DNA from: Phycisphaeraceae bacterium
Lineage (GTDB): Bacteria > Planctomycetota > Phycisphaerae > Phycisphaerales > Phycisphaeraceae
Reading direction: 5' to 3'
DNA: 64,000 bases
NCBI GenBank assembly: GCA_040222855.1
Contig: JAVKCD010000019.1
Coordinates: 230,912-294,911 of the forward strand
Position numbers and translations under genes: made by a program. This document shows positions 26,570-34,651 of the stretch, one piece after another. The notes beneath the pieces were generated by a model. That model saw nothing but the letters and a program-made list of their open reading frames with translations, was not told the DNA's origin and did not search any database. How positions within the stretch are numbered: the stretch's first letter is position 1; each line of letters opens with the position of its first letter.

Positions 26570-27391
26570 TCAGTTGACGTTGCCGTAGGGGTGACCCCAG
26601 TTGAACCAAGGCCCGTTACCAAGGGGATCGAGGGGGGTTGGGCTGCCTTGGTAGGACTTGTATTCGCGGACGGCTTTGTATTCGCTGTGGCCGTCAAGGA
26701 AGCTCATGTTGAGTCCCTGGCCGTTGCCGTGGCGGAGGATTTCTTTGCCAGCTTCAGGCCCTGCAGGTAACGGCGTATCGAGGTCCATAGCGATGACGGT
26801 CCAGGTAGTAAGGGGCAGTGCGCTGATTCTGAAGTTCAGTACACCCTCTCCAGCGGTCGGTACATAGGTGTTGTCGTTGTACTTGTAGTCGGTGAAACGT
26901 GCTTCACCATTGACTAGGTCAATTTTACCGTTCTCGTCAGTTTTAGACTCGTACCATCCCCACCCATAGTTGTTGGTTGAGAAGATATTGGGCGAGACAA
27001 ACTGATCTCCACCGGTGCTGGATCGTTCGGCCGAGGGGCATTTGAAGGCTTCGAAGGTCCCGATATAGGGCATGATCAGGGGGATCTGGATGCCCTGCCA
27101 TGCAAACCCTATGTTGACGTTCTGACTGAACCCGCTGGGGAGCGTGATTTTGATTGCGCTTGGGAGGAAGTCCTTGTGGTCATGGGCGTAGAACTGGGCA
27201 CCGAGGGCGATCTGTCGGAGTCCGGAGAGGCACTTGACGTCTTCGGCGGTGCGTCGAGCGGCACCGAGGGCGGGGAGGAGGATGCCGATGAGGAGGGCGA
27301 TGATGGAGATGACGACGAGGAGTTCGATGAGGGTGAACCCGCCCCGCATCGGGGTCAGAGGGTTTGGGGCCGTTGAGGGGTTGGCGTCCAT
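26570..27391 (-). CDS. Prepilin-type N-terminal cleavage/methylation domain protein (DUF1559-like)
   Basis: [39 protein letters not shown]-terminus and a C-terminal GLNMSFLDGHSEY motif. Confidence 0.85.
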   Translation of the reverse strand: MDANPSTAPNPLTPMRGGFTLIELLVVISIIALLIGILLPALGAARRTAEDVKCLSGLRQIALGAQFYAHDHKDFLPSAIKITLPSGFSQNVNIGFAWQGIQIPLIMPYIGTFEAFKCPSAERSSTGGDQFVSPNIFSTNNYGWGWYESKTDENGKIDLVNGEARFTDYKYNDNTYVPTAGEGVLNFRISALPLTTWTVIAMDLDTPLPAGPEAGKEILRHGNGQGLNMSFLDGHSEYKAVREYKSYQGSPTPLDPLGNGPWFNWGHPYGNVN

Positions 27392-27473
27392 GTCGGGTCT
27401 CCGTGTGTGACGCGGCGTGGCGCGGCCTCGCGGGGCCGGGGAGAGGGTTTGCCGTGTCTGGATCGAGGAAGGC

Positions 27474-27499
27474 GGTGCACCCCCGTTGAGGGGTGCACC
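27474..27499 (-). terminator. GC-rich hairpin downstream of the 27519..28289 gene
   Basis: ggtgcacccc (27474-27483) and ggggtgcacc (27490-27499) are exact reverse complements around a 6-nt loop. The hairpin lies 20 nt after the minus-strand stop. There is no strong U-run. Confidence 0.45.
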
Positions 27500-27518
27500 G
27501 GGTGGTAGACAAGAGGGA

Positions 27519-28289
27519 TCAGGCGATGACCCGGCGGCGGGTCAGGGCGAGGGCACCGAGGGCCAGGAGGCTGGCGGCGGCGGGTTCGGGGACGATGCGG
27601 ATGTCGGCGAAGGTGGCGGTGGCGAACTCGGCGGTGTTCTGGCCATCGGGCGAGAACTGGCCGTAGAAGCCGACGTTGTACTGGAGGGGTCCGCCTTCGA
27701 GGTTGGCCCAGTCGAGGAGACCGGAGGACTCGAGGCCGGCGCCGCGTTCGATGACGTACTCGACCTTGCCGGGGACGCCGAAGGTCCCGCTGGGCGTGTA
27801 GTTCATCTGCATGAAGATGGTGTCGCCGGGGGTGTAGGAGCCCGAGAAGATGTAGAAGGGTGCGCCTCCGCCGAAGGCGACGATTTCGCCGGCGTCGGAG
27901 TTGATGAGGAAGAGGGCGTCGCCTGAGATGCCGGAGTTGACACGGATGCCGGCTTCTTTGCGTGGTGCGACGGAGCCGACTTCGAGGGTGACGTTGGCGC
28001 TGATGGAGAAGCCATCGGTGAGGTCGAACTGGGCTTCGGTGGCTCCGCCGTCGGTTGACGCCATGGCGTCGTGACGGTTGGCAAAGCCCGCGCCGGTGTA
28101 GCCGGATTCGGCGAACTGGACGACGGATGGGAAGTTATTGGTGGTGGTGAGGGACGTTCCGGGGAAGTCGTTGAAGACTCGTTCCTGGATGTTCATGCCG
28201 TTGGTCTGTTCGGCACCGGCGAAGGCGGGTGCGGAGCAGGCGAGGGCGATTCCGAGGGTTGCTAGGGTACGAATGATCTTTCTCTCCAT
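27519..28289 (-). CDS. Secreted PEP-CTERM protein of unknown function (paralog of 28425..29585)
   Basis: Start at ATG 28287-28289 (MERKIIRTLATLGIALACSAPAFA signal peptide). It shares QER(V/I)FND...F(A/T)NRH(D/A)A...STD...LE(V/I)GS..P.KE.GI...GEI(V/A)AFG with its neighbour. The tail is VPEPAAASLLALGALALTRRRVIA. Confidence 0.75.
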   Translation of the reverse strand: MERKIIRTLATLGIALACSAPAFAGAEQTNGMNIQERVFNDFPGTSLTTTNNFPSVVQFAESGYTGAGFANRHDAMASTDGGATEAQFDLTDGFSISANVTLEVGSVAPRKEAGIRVNSGISGDALFLINSDAGEIVAFGGGAPFYIFSGSYTPGDTIFMQMNYTPSGTFGVPGKVEYVIERGAGLESSGLLDWANLEGGPLQYNVGFYGQFSPDGQNTAEFATATFADIRIVPEPAAASLLALGALALTRRRVIA

Positions 28290-28424
28290 GATGATCCTCC
28301 TGGGGTTGGTGAAACGAGATGCGAATCCGGCGTGGCGTGTGCCGCGTCGGTTTGGGACATACGGCTTGTTGGCCGTTGAGAACGCGACTGGTGGGTTGCT
28401 GTTGTGCATGATTTCTATCGACGA

Positions 28425-29585
28425 TCAGGCGCGGCGGCGGGTAGCGGCGACGCTTGCGAGGGCGAGGAGTGTGAGTCCTGCGGGCTCGGGGATGGCGGCG
28501 GACGAGCCGAAGTTCGAGGCGAGCAGCGAGAGGTCGATGAGATCGACGACGGTGTCGGTGTTGAAGTTTCCGCCAGCCCATCCGGCGGTGTTGCCGAAGT
28601 TGGAGGCGAGTGCGGAGAGGTCGATGAGATCGACCTCGAAGTCGAGGTTGGCGTCGCCGAAGAAAGTTCCGACGAGGACGCCTACGAGTTCGTCGAGGTC
28701 GCCGGCGTCCACGGTGGTGGAGCCATCGACGTCGTAGAGGGTGTCGGTGGAACCGGCGCGGATGGCCGCGGTGAGGAGGTCGATGTCGTCGGCGTTGACG
28801 AGGGTGTCGGCGTTGAAGTCGCCGGGGATGCCTGGGGCGTCGCCGGTGATCTGCCAGTTGGTGAAGGTTCCGCGGCCGAAGTCGGCGGGGAATGCTGCGA
28901 GGTTTGGCGGGAACTGGGCGTAGGCACCGAGGTTCGAGTTGGGGATGATTCCGTTTTCGAGGTTACCGAAGTCGCGGGGCCCGCTGGAGACGCCATCGAC
29001 GAGATACTCCATCGTGGAGGGTGTTGACCCGCCTGGGCCGTCGCCTGGGGTGTAGATGATGCGGAGGTTGATGGTTTCGCCGGTGACGTAGGTTCGTCCG
29101 CCGAACTCTGGGCCGTCCCCGTCGAGGGCGGTTGAGCTGACGAAGGGGAACTGTCCGAAGGCGGCGATTTCGCCGTTGGGCTTGATGATGAACTGGCCTT
29201 GCCCGCCTACGAAGGTTTCCATATAGATGCCGACTTCTTTGGTCGGGTTGAGAGAGCCGATTTCGAGTTTGATGTCGATGGAAAGGTCGAAGGCTTCGTC
29301 GGTCTGGAAGGCGTAGGGGGTGGAATCATCGGTTGACAGCCAGGCGGCGTGTCGGTTGGTGAAGCTTCCGCCGACATCGTCTGGGATGAAGTCGGTTTCA
29401 AAGATGACGAACTCGGCGAGGTCATTGTCGGTGACGTTGAGCGTGGAGACCTGGTAGTCGTTGAAGATTCGTTCCTGGAAGACAACGCTGTTGATGTCGT
29501 TGATGGCTGCATGTGCGGTCATCGGCACGAGGGTGGCGATGAGGGCAGCGGGCAGCAGCAGGCGAGTTGGGTGGGCGATTCTCAT
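28425..29585 (-). CDS. Secreted protein of unknown function with a dockerin-like module and a PEP-CTERM anchor (paralog of 27519..28289)
   Basis: Start at ATG 29583-29585 (MRIAHPTRLLLPAALIATLVPMTAHA). It has the same N-terminal domain as its neighbour. This is followed by GDFNADTLVNADDIDLL, GDANLDFEVDLIDLSALASNFG, GNFNTDTVVDLIDLSLLASNFG and IPEPAGLTLLALASVAATRRRA. Confidence 0.75.
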   Translation of the reverse strand: MRIAHPTRLLLPAALIATLVPMTAHAAINDINSVVFQERIFNDYQVSTLNVTDNDLAEFVIFETDFIPDDVGGSFTNRHAAWLSTDDSTPYAFQTDEAFDLSIDIKLEIGSLNPTKEVGIYMETFVGGQGQFIIKPNGEIAAFGQFPFVSSTALDGDGPEFGGRTYVTGETINLRIIYTPGDGPGGSTPSTMEYLVDGVSSGPRDFGNLENGIIPNSNLGAYAQFPPNLAAFPADFGRGTFTNWQITGDAPGIPGDFNADTLVNADDIDLLTAAIRAGSTDTLYDVDGSTTVDAGDLDELVGVLVGTFFGDANLDFEVDLIDLSALASNFGNTAGWAGGNFNTDTVVDLIDLSLLASNFGSSAAIPEPAGLTLLALASVAATRRRA

Positions 29586-29669
29586 AACTCCGGGCTCCTT
29601 GGGGTGACGTGTTCTTTGATGCATGATTCGAAGAGAATCAGTTGGTTGTAGACGAGTTGAGGCGGGCCT

Positions 29670-29683
29670 TGAAAGCGCTTACA
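29670..29683. promoter_or_regulatory. LacI-type operator candidate (site A)
   Basis: TGAAAGCGCTTACA is a 14-bp near-palindrome with a central CG and one mismatch between half-sites. It lies ~85 nt upstream of the 28425..29585 gene. Confidence 0.5.
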
Positions 29684-29758
29684 CGAGGCATGGAATACGG
29701 GGAGAGTCGGGCTATTCTCGCCTTGTTTGTTTTGGTCGGTGACACTTCCTTGAGACTA

Positions 29759-29772
29759 TGGAAACGCTTACA
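29759..29772. promoter_or_regulatory. LacI-type operator candidate (site B)
   Basis: TGGAAACGCTTACA shares the AA(A/G)CGCTTACA core with sites A, C and D. It lies in the same spacer between the GH94 stop and the PEP-CTERM paralog genes. Confidence 0.4.
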
Positions 29773-29834
29773 TGGTACCTCATGGCTGGCGGGTGTCAAG
29801 CATTTCGTGCGTAAGTCGGTGGGAAGAAAAACCC

Positions 29835-32800
29835 TCATGGGAGGTGAACCTCGAGTTTGAGGGCGGTGCCGGGGGAGGTTTTGAGACGATCCCACGGGAT
29901 GAGGAGGCCGCCTTGGCGGTAGGGGTGGGGCTGGCGGGTGAGGTTGGGGATTTTTTCGCCGTTGAGGAGGACGGTTTGTGGGCCGTAGCCCTGGGTGCCG
30001 ACGCGGTAGGTGCAGGTGATGCGTTGGTTGTTTCTTGTGAAGGTGTGCTGGAGGCCGTCGAGGCGGTCTGGGAGGACGGGGTCGAGGAGTAGGGCCTGGT
30101 GGGTTTGGTTCCAGCCGAGGAGGCTGCGGAGGACGACGCTGACGAAGATGCCGGGCCCGCTGGAGTAGATTCGCCATCCGCCATGGACGGGGACTTTGCC
30201 GGCCATGATGTCGGGGTAGCGTCTGGAGGCTTCGTGTCGGTCGGCGACATCGGCGTCGGAGCTGCTGAAGTAGGCGTTGGCTTGCCTGGGGTTGGCGTTG
30301 GGGACGGTGTGGTTGAGGCCGATGGGGTTGATCTGGAGGAGGGCGTGGAGGAGTTGGTCAGCGCGACCGAGTCGAGCGAGGGCTTCGGCGTAGCGGAGGT
30401 GGGCGTGGACGTACATGAGTCCGATTTCGCGGCTGAAAGCGGAGGCGGACTCGGCGCGTTGGAAGAATCGTTCGAGGCCGCCGTGGTAATCGGGCGGGCA
30501 GTCCATGAGGCGGGCGCCGTCGGGCGCGAGGAGGTGTTCTTCGATGAGGTCGAGGTGGTGGAGGGCTTCTTCGCGATTGAGGACTCCGCTGAGAATCCCG
30601 CGGGTCATGGCGATAAGGCTGAGGCGTTGTCCGGTGCGGGTGTCTTCGGGGTGAAGAATGGGCTCAAAGCGGAGGGGGTTTTCGTGAGCGTAGCCGAGGC
30701 CGGCGACGACGCCTGAGGGCCTGAGGTGTTTGGCGAGGTCGCGGCGGATGTTGCTGGAGAGGGTGTCGAGTTCTTCGGCGAGCGGGAGGTCGGGGCGGAG
30801 CTGGTGGAGTGTGTCGGCGAGTTCGGCGGCGGCCTGAGCGAGGAGTTCGCAGGTCCATGTGCTGACGAGGTGATCGCGGAGTTCGGGTCGTGCGGGTTGG
30901 AGGCTGTCGTTCCAGTCGCCGTGACCGTAGCGGACGAGAGCGGTGCCATTGACCGTCTGATTGTTGATCTTGCTGAGAGCTCGTTTGATGTGCTGGAGGA
31001 TGGTGGCAGGCGGTTGGTTGTCTTCGCCGTAGAAGGGGAGGGTTTGGTCGAGGATGGCATGGTCGCCGGAGGCTTCGAGGTATGCGGCGAGTGCTTTGAG
31101 GGGCCAGACGATGATGTCGCCGTGGCTGTCGGCGGTGCGGATGTGTTCGTAGCCGTCGAACATGAACCACTGCGGCCAGTCGCCATCGGGCTGTTGCTGG
31201 GCGAAGACGCGGAGGAGGATATCGCGGACTTCGTGGGTTTTTCCGAGTGCGAGGAGGAGTTCGACGGGTCCCTGGCAGACATCGCGGACGCCCCAGGCTC
31301 CGCCTGTGTACTGCTCGAGTCCGTGGGGTGAGGCGAGGTGGATGACGGCGTTGTGGATCATCCAAGGGAGGGCATCGTTGAGTCGGGTGATGGCGGGGTC
31401 ACTGTGGGTGAGGGTTCTGTCGGCATCGAGTGTGGACCAGAGATCGTGTTGGGGATTGTTCGAGGTGTCGTGACCGGCTGCGTTGTGGTCGGCGCTGAGG
31501 GTGATGGCGAAGTTGTTCGTAGGTTTGGTGGTGATGGCGACGACGGGGAGATTTCTGGAGCGGCCATCGGCGAAGAGCAGTTCGTCTCCGCCTATGTTGT
31601 CGATGGTCGATGGGTCCTGAGTCTGGAGGATGAGGCGGAGATCGGATGTTGTTGTGGCGGGGGAGAGTGCTAGTTGGCCGGCTTCGGGATCGATATCGAG
31701 TTGGATCGTGTTTTCGTTTTCGATGTTGCCGAGGATGGGGTCTGCGAAGAGCAGCAGGCGGACGGGTTCGCCTTGGGCCTGGATCTCGCAGTTGATGTCG
31801 GGGCCGTTGTTGTTGGCGTAGGTGCGGATGGTGAGGATGGTTTGCGGGGCCTTGTAGATCCAGCGCGATTGCTGGCGACGGATTTCCATGGCGGAGGGGA
31901 CGGCGAGGAGTTGCCATTCGTTGCCGGTATGAATGGCGATGCGTAGCCCGCCTCGTCGGGTGATGTCGAGTGGACTGCGTGCGACGGGGAGGAGTTTGTG
32001 GAAGACGGTGTTGCCGATTGTGAGGTGCGAGGCGAAGACACCGTGCATCCAGACGGTGGTGGAGAGCTCTTTGCGTGTGGGCATCAGGCTGGATGCGGCA
32101 CGGAGGATGTGGCCGTGGGGGCGTTCGGTGAGCATCTCCTTGGCACGGGTCACGACGTGGGCATCGTGGTCATGGAAGAAGGAGAGGAGGGTTTGGTTGT
32201 GGTGTTCTTCGTGTCGCCAGGGGCCGGGGAAGTGGTCGGCGAGTTCACTGTCGGTCATCGACTGGGCCTGGAGGATCGAGAGTTGGTCGAGACGATGGCG
32301 GTCGATGCGTGCGGTTGAAACGGGGGACCTGGGTGATGCTTGCTGAGCCCAAATACTGAGGTTGGTCAGGAGATTGAGATCATCCTCGGATGAGATCTGA
32401 GGGTGATCGGGAGAGAAGCTGGCGGCGAAGAGCCATTGGGCGGGGTTGTTGTTGGTGACTTCGGCGGGAGCGGCTTGCTGGGCAAGGCAGGCGGACTCGT
32501 GCTGGCGGACGGCGGTGCCGATGAGGTTGGCGTTGAGTCGTTCGGGTTGTCCGGTGGCACGGCTGGTGCGGCCAAAGAACTGGTGGGTATCGGTGAGGCA
32601 TCCGACGGCGCCGGTGATGCAGGCTTGTGCGAGCCAGGGGTGGCGACGACCCTTCTGAGGCCGGTTTTGTCGTGTGAGGAGGACGGGGCCGAGATTTGCG
32701 TCGCTGTGGATCTGGTGGTCGAGGTACTGGCTGGCGTAGGCCTCGTTGATGAGGACGGCGTCGCGCATGGTGAGGGCGATGTCCTGGACGAGGATGACGT

Positions 32801-33233
32801 CGCAGGTGTGCGGTGTGGAGCTGGTGTTGGCTTCGATGCGCCAGCACCAGGCGGTGTCGTTGGGGTGGAGGTGGAGGGTGCAGTTGATGTCGAGGTCATG
32901 GGAGCGGAGTGACCAGCGGGCGTGGTCTTCGGCGACGGCGAAGGAGCTGTTGGAGGCGGGGCCGGTGAGTGGGACGGCGTGGATGCCATCGGGCTTGTGG
33001 ATGCGGAGGTAGAGTCGGCTGATGGCCCCGCGGAGCGGATCGGCGAGCATCTGATTGATGAGCAGGCCATCGTGTTCGATGGCGTGGATGACGCCGTTGG
33101 GCTGGAAGGTGATGCTCAGGCCGGCGGCGTTCTCGATCCGGCGTAGGGGCATGGTGGCTTCGGAGCGCAGGGTGCGCCGCGAGCGGACTGGCTCGGTCGT
33201 GGTGGTGTTCGGGATGTCGGCGACTGGTTTCAT
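29835..33233 (-). CDS. GH94 family glycoside phosphorylase, long form (candidate 1,2-beta-oligoglucan phosphorylase)
   Basis: 1132 aa with no signal peptide. The GH94 catalytic-centre motif RYGHGDWNDSL is present, along with an (alpha/alpha)6 region (GGAWGVRDVCQGPVELLLALG...PDGDWPQWF) and ...HGGWRIYSSGPGIF.... Its size matches the long GH94 sophoro-oligosaccharide phosphorylases rather than ~800-aa cellobiose phosphorylases. Confidence 0.8.
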   Translation of the reverse strand: MKPVADIPNTTTTEPVRSRRTLRSEATMPLRRIENAAGLSITFQPNGVIHAIEHDGLLINQMLADPLRGAISRLYLRIHKPDGIHAVPLTGPASNSSFAVAEDHARWSLRSHDLDINCTLHLHPNDTAWCWRIEANTSSTPHTCDVILVQDIALTMRDAVLINEAYASQYLDHQIHSDANLGPVLLTRQNRPQKGRRHPWLAQACITGAVGCLTDTHQFFGRTSRATGQPERLNANLIGTAVRQHESACLAQQAAPAEVTNNNPAQWLFAASFSPDHPQISSEDDLNLLTNLSIWAQQASPRSPVSTARIDRHRLDQLSILQAQSMTDSELADHFPGPWRHEEHHNQTLLSFFHDHDAHVVTRAKEMLTERPHGHILRAASSLMPTRKELSTTVWMHGVFASHLTIGNTVFHKLLPVARSPLDITRRGGLRIAIHTGNEWQLLAVPSAMEIRRQQSRWIYKAPQTILTIRTYANNNGPDINCEIQAQGEPVRLLLFADPILGNIENENTIQLDIDPEAGQLALSPATTTSDLRLILQTQDPSTIDNIGGDELLFADGRSRNLPVVAITTKPTNNFAITLSADHNAAGHDTSNNPQHDLWSTLDADRTLTHSDPAITRLNDALPWMIHNAVIHLASPHGLEQYTGGAWGVRDVCQGPVELLLALGKTHEVRDILLRVFAQQQPDGDWPQWFMFDGYEHIRTADSHGDIIVWPLKALAAYLEASGDHAILDQTLPFYGEDNQPPATILQHIKRALSKINNQTVNGTALVRYGHGDWNDSLQPARPELRDHLVSTWTCELLAQAAAELADTLHQLRPDLPLAEELDTLSSNIRRDLAKHLRPSGVVAGLGYAHENPLRFEPILHPEDTRTGQRLSLIAMTRGILSGVLNREEALHHLDLIEEHLLAPDGARLMDCPPDYHGGLERFFQRAESASAFSREIGLMYVHAHLRYAEALARLGRADQLLHALLQINPIGLNHTVPNANPRQANAYFSSSDADVADRHEASRRYPDIMAGKVPVHGGWRIYSSGPGIFVSVVLRSLLGWNQTHQALLLDPVLPDRLDGLQHTFTRNNQRITCTYRVGTQGYGPQTVLLNGEKIPNLTRQPHPYRQGGLLIPWDRLKTSPGTALKLEVHLP

Positions 33234-33236
33234 GGA

Positions 33237-34586
33237 TCAGGGTTTGCGGATGTCAGCGGGGATGGGTTCGTCGGTGAAGATCGAGATGCTCTGGGTCTGC
33301 TGTCGTTCGGCTTCGGTGAGTGGTCGGAAGCCGGCTCGGTCCATGCCGCGTTGGACTTCGGGGTTGCGCTGGAAGAGTTCCCAGACGAAGCCGGTGCGGT
33401 GGTTTTCGACCATGAGGAGGGTGATGCCGATGTCGATGCCGATGACCTGCTCGTTGTACCAGTCGGTGTGGGGGTTGAAGGCATCGACGAAGCCGTAGGT
33501 GGTCCAGGATTTGGGGAAGCGATCTTTCATCTCGCGGAGGGCGGGGATGGTGGCATCGGGTGCCATGGGGATGGAGCCAGCGGGGGCGCAGGGGACGATG
33601 ACGCCATCGATGGGTCCGTCGTAGGGCGGGGCGCCGACGACGCGGTAGCCGTCGGGTCCGTCGGCGGCGGTGAGTCCCCACATGGTTTTGCTGTAGAGGG
33701 GGAAGCGGTCGGCGAGATCGACGACGGCTTGTTGCTGGGCGAGTGTGGCGAGGATGGAGTTGCGCCAGTAGTCGGCGTAGTCATCTCGTTTGTCGCGGAA
33801 GTCGTACCAGGCTTGTGAATACTGGTGGGTGAAGAGGGGCGGGCAGGAGAGGAAGGTTCGCCCGCCATAGGTGACGACGTATTTTCGTTCCCAGGCGTGC
33901 CAGGCTTGTTCGTCGAGGGGATGTGTTTTGGAGCCGAGTCCCAGGAGGTAGAGGATTTTTAGTTCGTTGTAGTCTTTCCAGTGGTGGGGTAGGAAGCCGG
34001 ACTCGGGTTTCCATCCCATGCTGAGGGTGGCCTGGCCATCGTGCATCCAGGGCCATTCGACGCGGTCGTAGATTTTCTGGGCGATTTCGGCGGCTTCGGT
34101 GTCGGCAAAGTAGGCCTTTGAGGTGAGGACGCCGGCGATGAGGAGGGCTGTGTCGATGGAGGAGAGCTCACACTCCCAGACGCGTTTGCCGGTCTCCATG
34201 CTGATGAAGTGGTAGTAGAAGCCGTGGACATTTTCGAGTTCATCGTGGACATAGCGGAGCGTGTTGAGGGTGCGGTCGTAGGCCTGGTCGTGTGAGACCC
34301 AACCGCGTTCGGCGGCGATGGTGTAGGCGGTGAGTCCGAAGCCGACGGATGCGATGCTGGCGACGTCGCCGGCGGCGGAGCCGTCGGCCATGGCGCGGTC
34401 GGGGACGAGTCCGGTGACGGGGTCGCCGGTGCGCCAGAAGAAGTCGAAGCTCCTGCGGCCGAGTTCTTCGAGGAAGGCGTCGTCGGCGGGGTCGATGGTG
34501 GGTTGAACGACGGCCGACACCGAGGTGACGGCGAGGGTGAGGATCATGAGCAGGCAGAGGGCGTTGCGGATCAAGGTGAACCTCAT
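33237..34586 (-). CDS. Secreted putative-glucoamylase-fold / GH144-like protein (candidate endo-beta-1,2-glucanase)
   Basis: Signal peptide from ATG 34584-34586. Motifs are FDFFWRTGDPVTGLVPDR, SIASVGFGLTAYTIAAERGW, HGFYYHFISMETGKRVWECELSSIDTALLIAGVL, PLFTHQYSQAWYDFR and YGFVDAFNP...VIGIDIGITLLMVENHRTG. The stop lies 3 nt from the GH94 start codon. Confidence 0.7.
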   Translation of the reverse strand: MRFTLIRNALCLLMILTLAVTSVSAVVQPTIDPADDAFLEELGRRSFDFFWRTGDPVTGLVPDRAMADGSAAGDVASIASVGFGLTAYTIAAERGWVSHDQAYDRTLNTLRYVHDELENVHGFYYHFISMETGKRVWECELSSIDTALLIAGVLTSKAYFADTEAAEIAQKIYDRVEWPWMHDGQATLSMGWKPESGFLPHHWKDYNELKILYLLGLGSKTHPLDEQAWHAWERKYVVTYGGRTFLSCPPLFTHQYSQAWYDFRDKRDDYADYWRNSILATLAQQQAVVDLADRFPLYSKTMWGLTAADGPDGYRVVGAPPYDGPIDGVIVPCAPAGSIPMAPDATIPALREMKDRFPKSWTTYGFVDAFNPHTDWYNEQVIGIDIGITLLMVENHRTGFVWELFQRNPEVQRGMDRAGFRPLTEAERQQTQSISIFTDEPIPADIRKP

Positions 34587-34596
34587 CTGTAGAAGG

Positions 34597-34610
34597 AGAA
34601 ACCGCTTACA
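34597..34610. promoter_or_regulatory. LacI-type operator candidate (site C, weak left half)
   Basis: AGAAACCGCTTACA lies 11 nt upstream of the GH144-like start codon. The right half-site GCTTACA is identical to sites A and B. Confidence 0.35.
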
Positions 34611-34651
34611 TCTAGAGACACATGGACAGAGCGATTGGTTGATGCGTTGAT

